A stretch of 32,000 bases of DNA, taken from sequence record NW_023502969.1, one strand, 5' to 3'. Shown here one piece after another: positions 1 to 14,700 of the stretch. A program made the translations under genes and the position numbers. Every line of letters begins with the position of its first letter. Within the stretch, counting starts at the first letter, position 1. The notes under the pieces are model-generated. The model did no database searches. It was not told the origin of the DNA and was given only the letters and a program-made list of their open reading frames with translations.

Positions 1-3000
1 ATAATTAATAATTTTAATAATTATTTCTTTAATAACGCTATTAGAAAAATTATAATATTTATATAATCTTATAATTAAGATTTTAAAAATATATTTAATA
101 TAGAATTATAAGATAAATTTAATATTTAAATTAAATAACGAGTATATAATATTAATAACTACTCGTCTTTTCTTATTATTCTCTTAATTAAATATATTAT
201 AATCGTAATAAAAATTAATATTTATATATCTTTCTTAAAATATAATTTAAATATTCTTTTATTTAATTAAAATAATTAAAATATTTTAAATATAATAAAA
301 GAATTTATAAAATATATTATTAGCTAATTAAAACTAATTTAGAAGATATAATTAAAAAATAAATAATATCTTTTATAGAAATTAATCTATTTAAAGCTAT
401 ATAATTCTATATTACTTAATTATTTATTTAAAATCGAGATTAATAAAATTATATTAATTAGATTTTAAATAATCTAAAAGATTATTATTAGAAATTTTAT
501 TATTATTATAGCGAAGCGCTTAGCATTAAAATCGCTCTTATTAATATTTATAACTTTTTATTTTTTTTAATATTAATTTAAATTATTATAATAATATAAC
601 TTTTTTTATAATTAATATAAGAGTATAATAATAAATATTAATTATAATTTTATAGAGACGCTATTAAATTTTTAAAGTAATAAAATAATTATTTAATTTA
701 AGGCGAGCTCTAATTATTAATACTTTTAGATATATTATTTATCTATTTAAATAGACTAATATAAATTTATTAATTTTTTTAATTAAAAGTATTTAATAAG
801 AGCGATAAAGGCCTTCGATAATTAAAACTCTTATCTAATTATCTATAGATAAATAATTATTAATATTATTTATAAATAATATCGAATTATTAAGTTTTTA
901 AATATTCGATAGAGAAGTAATAATCTATATAATAATAATTAAGTAATTATTAATATTAAATTTATAATATATAAAGAATAGCTATTTTATACGATATTTT
1001 AATTATATATCGAATAAGAACTTTATTTTTATTAAATCTTTTAATACGATAGTAACTCTTTACTTACTCTTTTTATATTTTTTAATTATATTAAATTATT
1101 TTAAATAGAATTCTTAAATATTAATTATAATTTAATTATATTAATTTATTTTAAAGTATTTATTAATATAAAATTAAGAGAACTTTAAGTCTTTAAAATT
1201 ATTATTATTAAATATAAAATAATTTTTAAATAATATAATAAATAGATCTTTATTACTATTATAAATCTTATTATAAATAAGATTTTCTTTATTTTATAAT
1301 AGATTATTTAGACTTAATTTAATAGAGATTAAATTTATATTACGCGTTAGTATAAAAGAATATTATAAGACTATAAGATAATATATAATCTATTAAAAAT
1401 TATAGAATTCTTATACTTATTATTTAAGATAATATATCTTTTATAATAATATAATATTATTAATAATAAGAATATCTTTAACTTTAATATTAAGTTACGC
1501 GTTATTTTAACTTAAATAATTCTTATTATAAATATTATAATAGAATTTTATAAATTTAAAAAAGTTATACTTTATTAAAGCGAGATTATTATATTAAATT
1601 AAGCTCTTAAAATTATAAGCTATAATAATTAATATTAAATTTATAAATTTAGAGTATTTATTACTCTTATAAAGTATATACTTTTAAAATTATTTTAATA
1701 GATTAATAAATAGTAAATAATTAATATTAATTAAATAATTAATATTATTAATACTCTACTCTTTCTTAATATATATCTTATAATTTATATTAATAAAGCT
1801 TCTCGACTAGTATTATTATATATAATAATTATAAATATTTTTAAGCGTAAATTAAATAATATTATTAATTTATCTATTTTATTTATTATTATTTAAATAT
1901 ATAATATTAGAGTTAATTATTAAAAGATAAAAAAAGAAAATATAAATAGCGATCTTTAAGTTATTATCGACGATATTATAATCTAAATAAAGTTATTTTA
2001 TCTTATATAATTTTAAATTATAAATAATTATTTATTAATTTTAGATAATTTATTATAGAAATAATAATTAGAGTATAAAGTAAAATCTATATCGATAAAT
2101 AGCTAGATTTAAAATATTAAATATTATATTATTAATATTCTAAAAGCGTTAAAATATAAAATCTTTCTTTTAAATCTAGCGTAAAAAGCGCTTTTTTAAT
2201 TTATTAAAATTAATAATAATTAAATTTTTACTATTTATAAAAAAAGCTTTTTAATTAATAATCTTAAAATTATTTATTACTTTATCTCGCTTTATAATTT
2301 TATTTTAATATAAAAGATATAAAGCGTTATTAAAGAAGAACTCTATAAAAAAATATTAATTTTAATAATTAATTATTTTATAAAGAAAAAGAATATCTTC
2401 GAGAGTAATATTAAAATTATTCGCTATTTAATATTAATTAGATTTTAAAAAAAAGTTTAATAATAATATATTATAAATATAATAAATTTTTTAGCTAGTT
2501 TTAAAAATCTCTATTATAATATTATATAAATTAATAAAAAAAATAATATCTTTAAATATAGTTTTTAATTTTTTAAATTTATTTATAAAAGTTAAAAAGC
2601 GACTATATCGCTTTAATTTAAAGTTAAGATTATATATATTTTCTAATCTATAATTATATTTATCTAAATATTTTAAAAAAAGATTAATTATTAAAAGATT
2701 AAAAGTATTAAGATTAATAAGATTAAGCTTAACTTCGCTTAATATTAAAAGTCTTTTAAATTATAAAGAAAAAGAGAGTTATATTAAAGAAAGTATATAT
2801 AAAGAACTCTTAAATTAAAAAGAAAGAAAAAATTATATTAAAGAAAGTATAGATTAAGAACTCTTAAATTAAAAAGAAAAAGAGAGGATTATAGAGAAGA
2901 AAGTGAAGATAAAGAACTCTTAAATTAAGAAAAAGAGAATTATAAAGAAGAGAGCGAACTTAAAAATCTCTTTATAAATATATAAATATTTAATTATAAT

Positions 3001-4230
3001 AATAAATATAGAGAACTCTATCGCTTAATTTTAATTATAAATATATATTTATAATTAAAATATTTATAATCTTAATAGAATTCTAAATAAATAGAATAAT
3101 ATAAATCTATTTACTTAATTTATATAATTTATTAAAATTTAAAAGAGCTTCTTTAAATAGTAAACTAATTAAAAATTAAATAATTATATTACTCTTATTT
3201 TAAGATTTAATTAAAAGATTAAATATAGTTAAAAAAGAAGATTATTATTATTACGATTTTATTTTAATTAAAATAATATTACTATTATTTTTTAACTTTC
3301 TTAATAAACTAAAATTCTTTATAATATTAATAAATTAATTATTTTTTATTTAAATTATTTTTTATTATTTAGCTATAACTCTAAAGAGTAAAAAATTTAT
3401 AAGATTTAAAAATTATAATAGAATAGTTATATCTATTTATAGAAATTAAATTTTATATTTAATTTAATATCTAATTTAAAATTTAATTATAATCTCGCGA
3501 GTAAAAATTTTTCTTTTAGAATTTTTTTTAAATAAGTTATTATAATAAAGAAAAGAGAGTAAAGAAAGAAAGATTATACTCTTATAAGAGATGAGATTAG
3601 ATTAAATATATAATAAACGCGTAATAAATATAAATTAAAGATAAAATTCTATATTAAAATAGTTAAAAATAAAATAAAAGAGAATTTATTTTTTATTTAG
3701 ATAAATATTATTTATAGATAATAATAACTTATTAGCGATATTTAATTAAATAAATTATATATAATAATAATAATATAAGACTAAATTTAATTAAATATAT
3801 TATTTACGATAATAGGCGATATTAATTTTTTAATAGAATAAAGCTAGATTTAATTAAGTATATTATTTATAATAATATATAATATTAAAATATTTAGCTT
3901 CGCGTATTATAATAAATAAAAGTTATTATTAAATAAAATATATTAAAATAGATATAATCTATAGATTTTAGCATCGCGATTATAAATTATTAAAAGATTT
4001 TAAATAAAGTAATATATAAAGAAGAAAGTAGATTAGATAATTAAAAATTAAGAATATTATTAGATTTAATATATTCGCTTTTATAATCTTAAATCTTAAT
4101 ATTATTATAAAAAAACGTAAAATAATAAAATAAAAATCTAAAAGAATTTTTTTTTTTTTTTTTCTCTAAGTTTTATATATCCGCCGCTATAACTCTAATC
4201 TCTTCGTTTATTTAATAAATATTAATTATA
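1..4230 (+). repeat. Copy A of a duplicated segment of at least 4.2 kb (truncated by the window start)
   Basis: Collinear with 15835-20070 over its whole length (for example 1-200 vs 15835-16040, 3481-3560 vs 19321-19390, 4141-4230 vs 19978-20070). Differences are almost only C<->T / G<->A plus a few short indels. Confidence 0.9.
2765..2975 (+). repeat. Purine-rich tandem repeat, about 55-bp unit x about 4 (inside copy A)
   Basis: The motif 'aaagaaaaagagag-ttatattaaagaaagtata-aagaactcttaaatt' recurs with 'gaactct' at 2804, 2858, 2914 and a degenerate copy at 2956. Confidence 0.7.
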
Positions 4231-7200
4231 TTTTTCTCGAATAATATTAATAATATTCTCTAAAAACTAATTCTAATAGATAATATATCGAATATTCGAC
4301 TAATTAAATAAAAGATAATTTATTATAGTCTTTTTAATAAATAAATAGAGTATATTAAAAAGACTTTTCTTATATCTTAGCGAGAGAATAGCGATAAGAA
4401 GAATAACTTATATTTTCTTACTATTAATAAGATTATTTAATCTCTAAAGATTTCTTCGAAAAATCTAACTCTTATTAAAGATTATATAATATTTATTAAT
4501 AATAATTTAATTAAGTCGTTTAAATTATTAAAATTAAAGAAGAAAATTTTAAAAATTAATTATTAAACTAATTTCGAATATAGTAAAGACTAATTAAGCT
4601 AAATTTAATAAATAATTAATATTAAATATAGTAGTAATTATATTTAGAACTTAGATTATAGCGAATTAATCTTATATAAAAGAGTTAAAAGAAAGAATAA
4701 CGATAGTAACTTCGAGTAAATTAATTAAAACTAATAATTAATATAAAAAACTCTTTCTAAATTTAATAAATAATATAACTAAAATAGAGCTTTTTCGATT
4801 TATTATTATCTATAGAATATTTAATTAATTAAATCGAAAACGTATAAAATTCTTCGAGAAGTTTTCGAAGTTATTTTAATAGATTTAAATCTTTAAGTTA
4901 TTATAATTATCTTAATCGAGTTATATTAAATTAATAATCGAAATTAAGTAATTTAAATTTTAATTAATAATTTAATTCTATAGAACTAGTAACTTCGTTA
5001 AAAGATTATTAAACTTAATATAAAATAAGTAATTTAACTTAAAAATCGTCTTAGAGAGTTAAATATATATAATATAAGATTAAATACTTATATATAATAG
5101 AAATAAATAATATAATATCGAAATAAGTAGAAAATAAAGAAATATTATTAACTTACTATATTAACTTCTTAATATCTATTTCTCTTTATAAAAGTCTCTC
5201 TTAATCGTTTTAAAATTTCTTAAGTATAATCTATATTAAAAGTCTTCGTTCTATAATTAACTTAAAGATTAATAATATTATTCTTATAGTCTAAATCGTT
5301 TTTAGAATTCGAATAATCTTCTTTATCTTATTAAAATTAATATTATTTACTTAATAATCGACGAGAGATCGTAATAGTAATATAATAATATATACTTAGA
5401 TTTATAGTAATTTCAAGCTTTATTAAAGTCTCTTATCGAAAAATAACTTAAAATTAATTAGATATTAGAGTTTTAGATCGATAGAACTTATCTAAAGATT
5501 TTTAAAAAAGATATTTTATTATAATTCTCTCGAAGATATATAAAGCGATAACTCTTTAAAATAAAAGTATTAGTTATTAAAAATAGACTAATAACTTATT
5601 AATTTCGAATAAAAGATATTAATAAATAATCTTTATTAATCTATTAATAGCGTAATCTTTATAATAGTAGATAACGAAATAAAATAATTTTATTTTATAG
5701 AATAAATTATATAAGTCGAAGTTAACGAAGTTTAAAAGTTAAATACTTAATATCTTAGAGATATAGATTAATTAATCTTCGAGAATATAAAAAAAAATAA
5801 GTAACTTTTCGAGAAATTCGAAAATCGTAGAAAAATACTTCTCGATTTATTTAATATTTTACTTACTATTAATCTTTCGAAATCGATATTTTAATATAGA
5901 ATTAATTATAATTCGATTATAGAGTTATCGTTCTACTTACTTTATCTTTAAATTTATTCGAGAACTAATAAGATAATTTTTAAAAGATATCGACTTTAGC
6001 GAATTATTATAGATATTAGATTAAGAAATTTCGAGTATTTTCTAAGTCGATTAAATCGAAATATAGTTAAATAGAAGATTTATAAAGAGTAAAAATCGAG
6101 TAAAAGTAATAAGACTAGAAATAAAGCTTTAAAAATCTAATATTAAGAATTTAATAGTCTTATTATATAAAATCTAATTATTATTCTAATCGATTTAATT
6201 AATAGTAATAATATTTCGAGCTATATTTATATTATAGACTCTAAGATCTAATAATTAAGTAATAGAAGTATTAGTTTTATAAATAAGAAATTTATTTACT
6301 ATAAAAATTAATTATTTTAGCGATTTTTATTACTTAAGTCTTAATTTCAAAAAATTCGAATTATTTAAATTCGAATTTAAATTTTTATTATTAATTTATA
6401 TATTAGCTATAGTAATATTCTTATAACTATATTATAGAATAAAAAATCGACTAACTTTTAAAATAGCTAATATCTTTAATAGATAGATATTAATATCGTA
6501 AAAATCTTTTTTTATAATATCTAGAATAACTATAATAATAATAAATAAATATTAAATCTTATCGATTTCGATAGAATTATTAAGTAATAATATATAAAAA
6601 TCGAGAAGAGATTTTAGTATTCTATTTAATTTGAAAATAGTCGATTATTTTTATATTAATATTTAACTTATTTTCATCTTATTATTATTACTAAAACTAT
6701 TAATATTATTAAAATTTAGTTTAATATTATTAAGTATATTAAAAGTAATAAGAAATTTTTAAAAGAAAGAGATTTTTTTTTAAAAATTCTCTTAACTTTT
6801 AATATCTTTTAAGTAAGTTTTAAGATAATTATATACTATAGTTTAGATTATATTAAAGATATATTAAGATCTTAAAAAAGATATTTCGTAATAATCGTTT
6901 ATACGAAAAAAGAAGTTAAGAATTTATTTTTAAGAATAACTATATTTTAGAATTCGATTAAAATCTTAATATATTTAAAAAAATTTAACTCGATATTAAA
7001 TAGATTTAATTTAAATAATTTAAAAATATATAAATATAATTATAATTAAAAGAAGTTATTAATTAGCCTCGATAAGAAGATTAAAATATTTCTAAAGAAT
7101 TTATAATAATAGAGTATTTAAATTAATAATTAGATTAAGTAGAAATAATCTTTTTAAATTATTTAATATATCTAATTATTATATATAATCTAATTAAGAT

Positions 7201-8194
7201 ATAAAATTATCGAAATAATTTTTCTAAATTTTTCGAATTTCGTTAAATTAAATATTCTAAAAATTAATAGAAATAATCTTTTATTTATTATTTTAAGTAT
7301 TTAAATTTAAAAGTATATTAATAAAGTATTTTATATATAGATTATAATTTAAAATATCTTAAAAATCAATCTCGATATTAATAGTTTATTTCGAGAATCT
7401 CTTATTCTTTAATTTATTTTTTAACTTATTTTAAATTCTTATAGATTTAAAATTTCGATATTATTAATAAATAGAATATAAGATATAAATAATTTAAAAA
7501 TATTTATAGCTAAAGATAGAATAAAAGAATTATTAATAAGAAATATTTATATTCTATAAAACTTCGTCGTTTTTTTATATTTTATTATCTTTTAATTTTA
7601 AATTTATTTACTTATAATAATATAAATAATAATCTTAAATATCTTTTCGATTTTTAATAATATAATTATATTTTAAATAGCGAAATCTATTATAATAGAG
7701 AATAAGTTTAGAGAAAAAATTCGAATTTTTAAATAATTAATTAATTTTCTCGCTAACTTTATTATTTTAACGAATTAAGTTTAATTATTATTAAATCTTA
7801 TAATAAATATTATTTTATATATCTTAATTAAATTAATAGAATTAATTTTTAAAATAAGAATTAATAATTAAAGAAAATAAAGCGAAATTATATTTAATAT
7901 AAGCTATAAAATTAATATTATAAAATTATATTATATACTTTATTATATTAAATAATAAGTTATTAATATAATAAATTTAAATATTTATTATATAATATTT
8001 AAATAAATAATATTTTAATAATAATAAGAAGAAATATAAGTAATATTTTTAAAGAGATATTATTAAGTTTTTAATATTTAGTACTTAAATAAAGTCTAAA
8101 TAATAATATTTTAATATTTATAATTTAAATTTTAGATTAAATATTAAAATTAATATAGAGTTTTTAATAGAATTTAAAAAAGATTAAAATATTA

Positions 8195-9190
8195 ATAATT
8201 AAATTATTTCTTTATATAATTTAATAATTATTAAAAATATTTAAATAAAATATTAGAAATAGAATATAAAAATTTTAATATCTATTAAAATATTTAATTT
8301 TTAATTTTTAATAAATTAAAATAAGATTTTTAGCGTATTTAATTTAAAGATTTAATTAAAGTTTATTTTAAAAGAAAATTAAGAATATTTTTATATATTT
8401 AAATAGCTCTAAACTAAGTCTATAACTCTATATATTCTATATTTAAAAATATCTTAAATATTAAGTTAAAAAATAAAAAATAAAGATTTAGATTTATAAT
8501 AGCGAATATACTTATATTTAGTAAATCTTCGCGATAAATCTATTTTTAATATTAAAAAAATTAATTTAATAGTAAATTTAAAATTTTTTAAATTATATAC
8601 TTTTTATAACTTTAAATTATTTAATTTTTTTTAAAGTTTTATAAAATAAAAATTCTTAAAGAAAATATAAAGAATAATAATATTATAACGAAGAAAGTTC
8701 TAAATCTATTAATAATTATATATAATAATTTTTATCTAAAAAACTCTAAATAATATTTTTAATATTATTATATTATTAAATAGCTCTTATAAAGCTTTAT
8801 AATTATATATATTTAAAATTATATATTTTAAATATTAATAAGAAATAATAGCTTATCTAGATTTTTTTATATAATAATTCTAAATTAAATCGACGTTTTT
8901 ATTTAATAATATAATAATTTATAATTACTTTTTTATTATTATTAGATTATTAAATAATTCTTCTTTATATTTATAAATAATATTATATAAAATTATATAT
9001 TAATAATAATATTATTTCTAAAGATTATTCGAAGATAATAAAACGTTAATATATAATTTTATTAAATAAATAAATATTCGATAATAAAAATATTTTTATT
9101 TTAACGCCGTGAAATAGCTCTTAATAAACTTTATAATTATTTATATTTAAATTAAAATACTTATTATATAATTATTATTAATATTAAAAT
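8195..9190 (+). repeat. Dispersed copy of the distal ~1 kb of the 1.7-kb repeat unit
   Basis: 8200-9130 aligns by eye with 12925-13860. Examples: 'tttctttatataatttaataattattaaaaatat', 'taatagcgaatatacttatat..gtaaatcttcgcgataaatc' vs 'taatagcgagtatatttatat..gtaaatctccgcgctaaatc', and 'aaagaaaatataaagaataataatatt(a/g)taacgaagaaagttct'. Confidence 0.8.
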
Positions 9191-9214
9191 TATATATAGA
9201 GATAGCTAACTAAT

Positions 9215-11028
9215 TTCTACTTAATAGAAAGTATACTTATAAAAAATATATTTATAAATCTTCTATATATATTTAATATTTTTAATTTAATTATATATTT
9301 ATTAAGTAAAATTTAATTATAAATTTATATTACATTTTAAATCTTAATATCTTATTTATATTAAAAAAGTAAGACTTTAAGAAAGATTATAAACGCTATT
9401 ATTTTAAAGAATTATATTTTATTTTTAATTTTTATATATTAATATAACTCTAATTTATTAATATTTAAGACTCGATTAAGAAGAGAATAAAAAATATCTT
9501 ATTAATTATATTTCTAATATCGACGATTTTTTATTTAAAGAAAATTATAGTTATATTAAATATATCTCTAATTTCTCTATATATATATATTATTTTTAAC
9601 TTAATTTTATATAAATTAAATAAAATTTATATATAATTCTATATTATATTTTAAATCTTAATATCTTATTTACGTTAAAAAAGTAAGACTTTAAGAAAGA
9701 CTATAAACGCTATTATTTTAGCGAGTTATATTTTATTTATAGTTTTTATATATTAATATAACTCTAATTTATCGATATTTAATATTCGATTAAGAAGAGA
9801 ATAAAAAATATCTTATTAATTATATTTCTAATATTAACGATTTTCTATTAAAAGAAAAGTATACTTATAATAAATATATCTCTAATTTCTCTATATATAT
9901 ATACTATTTTTAACTTAATTTTATATAAATTAATTAAAATTTATATATAATTCTATATTATATTTTAAATCTTAGTATCTTATTTACGTTAAAAAGAGAA
10001 GACTTTAAAAAAGACTATAAACGCTATTATTTTAGCGAGTTATATTTTATTTATAATTTTTATATATTAATATAACTCTAATTTATCGATATTTAAGACT
10101 TAATTAAGAAGAGAATAAAAAATATCTTATTAATTATATTTCTAATATTAATAATTTTCTATCTAAAGAAAATTATAGTTATATTAAATATATCTCTAAT
10201 TTCTCTATATATATATATTATTTTTAACTTAATTTTATATAAATTAATCAAAATTTATATATAATTCTATATTACATTTTAAATCTTAGTATCTTATTTA
10301 TATTAAAAAGAGAAGACTTTAAGAAAGACTATAAACGCTATTATTTTAGCGAGTTATATTTTATTTATAGTTTTTATATATTAATATAACTCTAATTTAT
10401 CGATATTTAAGACTCGATTAAGAAGAGAATAAAAAATATCTTATTAATTATATTTCTAATATCGACGATTTTCTATTAAAAGAAAAGTATACTTATAATA
10501 AATATATCTCTAATTTCTCTATATATATATACTATTTTTAACTTAATTTAATATAAATTAAATAAAATTTATATATAATTCTATATTACGTTTTAAATCT
10601 TAATATCTTATTTATATTAAAAAAGTAAGACTTTAAAAAAGACTATAAACGCTATTATTTTAGCGAGTTATATTTTATTTATAGTTTTTATATATTAATA
10701 TAACTCTAATTTATTAATATTTAAGATTCGATTAAGAAGAGAATAAAAAATATCTTATTAATTATATTTCTAATATTAATAATTTTCTATCTAAAGAAAA
10801 GTATACTTATAATAAATATATCTCTAATTTCTCTATATCTATCTACTATTTTTAACTTAATTTAATATAAATTAAATAAAATTTATATATAATTCTATAT
10901 TACGTTTTAAATCTTAATATCTTATTAATATTAGAAAAGTAAGACTTTAAGAAAGACTATAAACGCTATTATTTTAGCGAGTTATATTTTATTTATTATT
11001 TTTATATATTAATATAACTCTAATTTAT
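9215..11028 (+). repeat. 314-bp satellite, about 5.8 tandem units
   Basis: The marker 'ttaaatctta(a/g)tatcttattta' starts at 9337, 9651, 9965, 10279, 10593 and 10907, an exact 314-bp period. Units differ mostly by CG<->TA transitions, plus one transversion-defined A/B variant block. Confidence 0.9.
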
Positions 11029-12194
11029 CTCTTATATAACTCTAAAGATATTATATTTATAAATATTATTAAGAAATATTTTCTAAAGATTTAATTTTAA
11101 CTATATCTTTTTAAATATTAAAATAAAAATCTAAGAAAATATATAAATATAAAGTATTTTCGATATTAATTCTAATAATATATAAATATATATTAATTTT
11201 AATTTTATAATATTCTTCTATCTAAGAAATTTAAATTATATATCTTTTTAATATAAAGAATTTTAAAACTTAATAGCTTTTCTATATATTTATTAAATCT
11301 TATAATTTTAATATTATTATATAGTTTTAAATAAGCTCTATTTATAAAATAATAAAGTATAAAAAATATATTAAGTCTATTAGAATTCGAATTCGAGATC
11401 TTAGTTTTTAATTTCGTTATATCTTATATAAATAATAAATTATATTATATATATATAATACGAAAAGAAAACTATATTCTATTATTAAGCTATAGATTTA
11501 ATTTAAATATTAGAAATATAATTATAATAATATATAAAGAGTTTATAATTATATAATAAATAATTTATACTTATATTATAGATAATTAAAATAATATTAA
11601 TATTAACTCTCTTAATAAAAGTATTTTAATTAATTTCGAAATTCTATTAATATATATTATTTTTATATATAATAATTTTTTATAATATATATATAATTTT
11701 TAATTTTTAACTCTAAAAAATTAAAAATATTTTTTTTTATCTCGAATTAACTTAATTCTAATATCTTTTATAAAGATAACTATATATTATTTATTTAATA
11801 TTCTTTTATTATTAAATTTATCTAAATTTATATTATATTCTTTATTATATAAGTTTTTAAATCGATATTATAAATATTAATTTTAAATTAATTAGAAATA
11901 TTTAATATCTAATATCGAGTAATTAATTAATATTTTAATTTTAATAATTATATAATTAGATATAATATTTTTAAAACTTTTATATTATTAAATTTATTTA
12001 AATTTCTATTATATTATAAATTATTTAAATAATAAAATTATAAATAATCGCGACTTAATATCTTAGAGTATAATTAAGTTATAAAATTTTAATCTATTAT
12101 ATAATACTAAGTAAGTAAATTTAACTTTAATTTTTAAAATTTTAATTTTTATATAAAATATTAATTAAATAATTTTATTATATTTTTTAGATTT

Positions 12195-14700
12195 TAAGAG
12201 ATATTAATAATTTATTATTAATAAAAATATCTCGCTTAATTTTTATATTACTTATAACTTCTTAAATATTAATAATAAAAATATAAACTTATATATTATT
12301 ATTAATCATTTTTAACGTAGAATTTAATAAAAGAATAAAAAAAAGAAATTTTAAAATATTAAAAAAATGCTCTTAGAGTAACTCGAACTCCGGACCTTTT
12401 AATAAGAAAAAGAAAAAGAATATTCTTTATCTTAATATAGTTTTTAATCTAAGTTTAAATCTTAATTAAAGATTATATAAAGATAGAGAATTTTTAATAT
12501 CCGCTATTAAAGTATATAATAAAATAAAAATATTTAATATAAATATTAATTCGAAATAAGATAATAACTATTAGCTTAATAAATTATAATTAAAATATTA
12601 AATAAATCTTAAAATTTTAATTTTTATATATAATGCTGACTAAGTATTACTAGCATTTTTTCGAAGTTTTTTAAATATACTATATATTTATTACTAGATA
12701 AATCGATAAGCTAAAAATTCTCTTAGCGTTCTTTAACTCGAAGTACGTATAAAAAGATTTTATATTTTAAATAATAACTCTATAAGTAAATCTTTTCAAA
12801 AAATACGCGTTAAAATTCTAAAATTATATAGTTTTTTTTAAATATTTTTTTTATATTTTTTTTTTTAAATAAAAGAATTAAGTAATTAAATATTTAATTT
12901 TATTTTAGAAATCTTAATAATAATTAATTATTTCTTTATATAATTTAATAATTATTAAAAATATCTTTATAGAATAATAGAAATAGAATATAATAGTCTT
13001 AATATTTATTAGATTATCTAAATTTTAACTCTTAATAAATTAAAATAAAATTTTTAACGTATTTAATTTAAATATTTATTTAAATCTTATTTTAAAAATA
13101 AATTAAGAATATTTTTATATATTTAAATCGCTCTAAATTAAGTTTATATAATTCTATTTTCTTTATTTAATAATATCTAGAATAATAGATTAAGAAATAA
13201 GAAATAAAAATTTAGGTTTATAATAGCGAGTATATTTATATAAAGTAAATCTCCGCGCTAAATCTCTTCTTAATATTAAAAAAATTACTTTAGTAGTAAA
13301 TTTAAAAATTCTTAAATTATATACTTTTTATAACTTTAAATTATTTAATTTTTTTTGAAATTTTATAGAATAAAATTTTTTAAAGAAAATATAAAGAATA
13401 ATAATATTGTAACGAAGAAAGTTCTTAGTTTATTAATAATTATATATAAAAAAATTTATCTAAAAAACTCTAAATAAGTTTTTTAATATTATTATATTAT
13501 TAAATAGCTCTTTAAATTCTCTATTACTATATATATTTAAAATTATAAATTATAAATAATAATAATAAATACTAGTTTATCGAGATTTCTTTATATAATA
13601 ATTCTATATTAAATCGATATTTTAATTTAATAATATAATAATTTATAATTACTTTTTCATTAAAGTTATATTATTAAATAATCTTTTTTTATTTTTATAA
13701 ATATTATTATATAAAATTATATCTTAATCTTAAATTATTTTAAAAGATAATTCGAGAATAATTAGACGCTAATATACGATTTTATTAAATAATTAAATAC
13801 TTAATAATAATTATTTTTTTATTTTAATCTTATTAAATAGCTCTTAATTAGAGCTATAAATTACTATATTTAAATATTTTTATTTATTATAAATTCGTTA
13901 TTAACGTTAAGATTTTAGATAGAGATATTAAAATACTCGCTTATTTTTTATATTACCTATAACTTTTTAAATATTAATAATAAAAATATAAACTTAAATA
14001 TTATTATTAATTTTTTTTAATAGATTTTAGCGATATAATAAAAAAAAGATATTTTAAGAATTTAAAAAAGTAATAAGAGTATAACTCGAACTCTCGATCT
14101 TATTTATTTAAAAATTAAAAAAAATTTCTTACTTACGATATTATTATAGGTTAAAATAACTATATAATAAATAAAGAATAAAATTATTTTATTTATTATA
14201 TTATATAAAGAAAATAAATTATTTAATATATTAAAAATTTCTTTAATACGAGATAATAAGTATTATTTTAATAGATTATAATTCTAATATTACGCGATTT
14301 TTAAAATTTAAATTTTATTAAAAATAGCTAACTAAGTATAACTATTATTTTTTTTATATTTCTTAAATATATTTTATATATAGAGCGAAATAAATTTCTA
14401 AATAAAGAATTTCTTTTAGCGCGAAAGATAATTAATATATATATAAAAATTTATTATTTTAAATAACGAATATAGAAGTAAATCTATTTAAAAAATATAC
14501 GTTAAAATTCTAAGATTCTTAAGTTTTTTTTATATATTTTTTTCAAATTTTTTATTTTAAATAATAAAAAAAATTAATTAAATATTTAATTTTATTTAAA
14601 ATATCTTAATTCTAAATAAATTAATTCTAGAGCTATTTATAAAATTTTAATTTTAATATATAATATTAACTAAGTAGTACTATTATTTTTTTTAATTTTT
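12195..14700 (+). repeat. Tandem repeat with a ~1.72-kb unit, about 1.4 copies plus a short third fragment
   Basis: 12195-12900 aligns with 13912-14600. Examples: 'ctcgcttaatttttatattacttataacttcttaaatattaataataaaaatataaactta' vs 13935-13995, and 'aaaaatacgcgttaaaattctaaaatt' vs 'aaaaatatacgttaaaattctaagatt'. The motif 'aaaattttaattttt atatataat(g/a)ct(g/a)actaagta' occurs at about 12612, 14303 and 14642. Confidence 0.8.

Noticed and set aside
4146-4164. The poly(T) run (poly(A) on the minus strand) as the tail of a non-LTR retrotransposon
   Set aside because: For a minus-strand element the body would lie to the right. But paralogous homology with copy B lies almost entirely to the left and stops about 70 bp to the right. 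No ORF or target-site duplication is visible.
9215-11028. CRISPR array (regular repeats); the same question applies to 30100-30465
   Set aside because: The units are contiguous tandem copies with no unique spacers. The period (314 bp, or 29-36 bp without spacers) and the eukaryotic context (spliceosomal introns, RIP) are incompatible with CRISPR.
12369-12400. tRNA-like relic 'gctcttagagtaactcgaactccggacc' (also 14072-14100), resembling the reverse complement of a T-arm
   Set aside because: Only a 4-5-bp stem with a non-canonical 7-nt loop can be formed. There is no cloverleaf, and the sequence lies inside a RIPed repeat unit. This is not supportable as an RNA gene.
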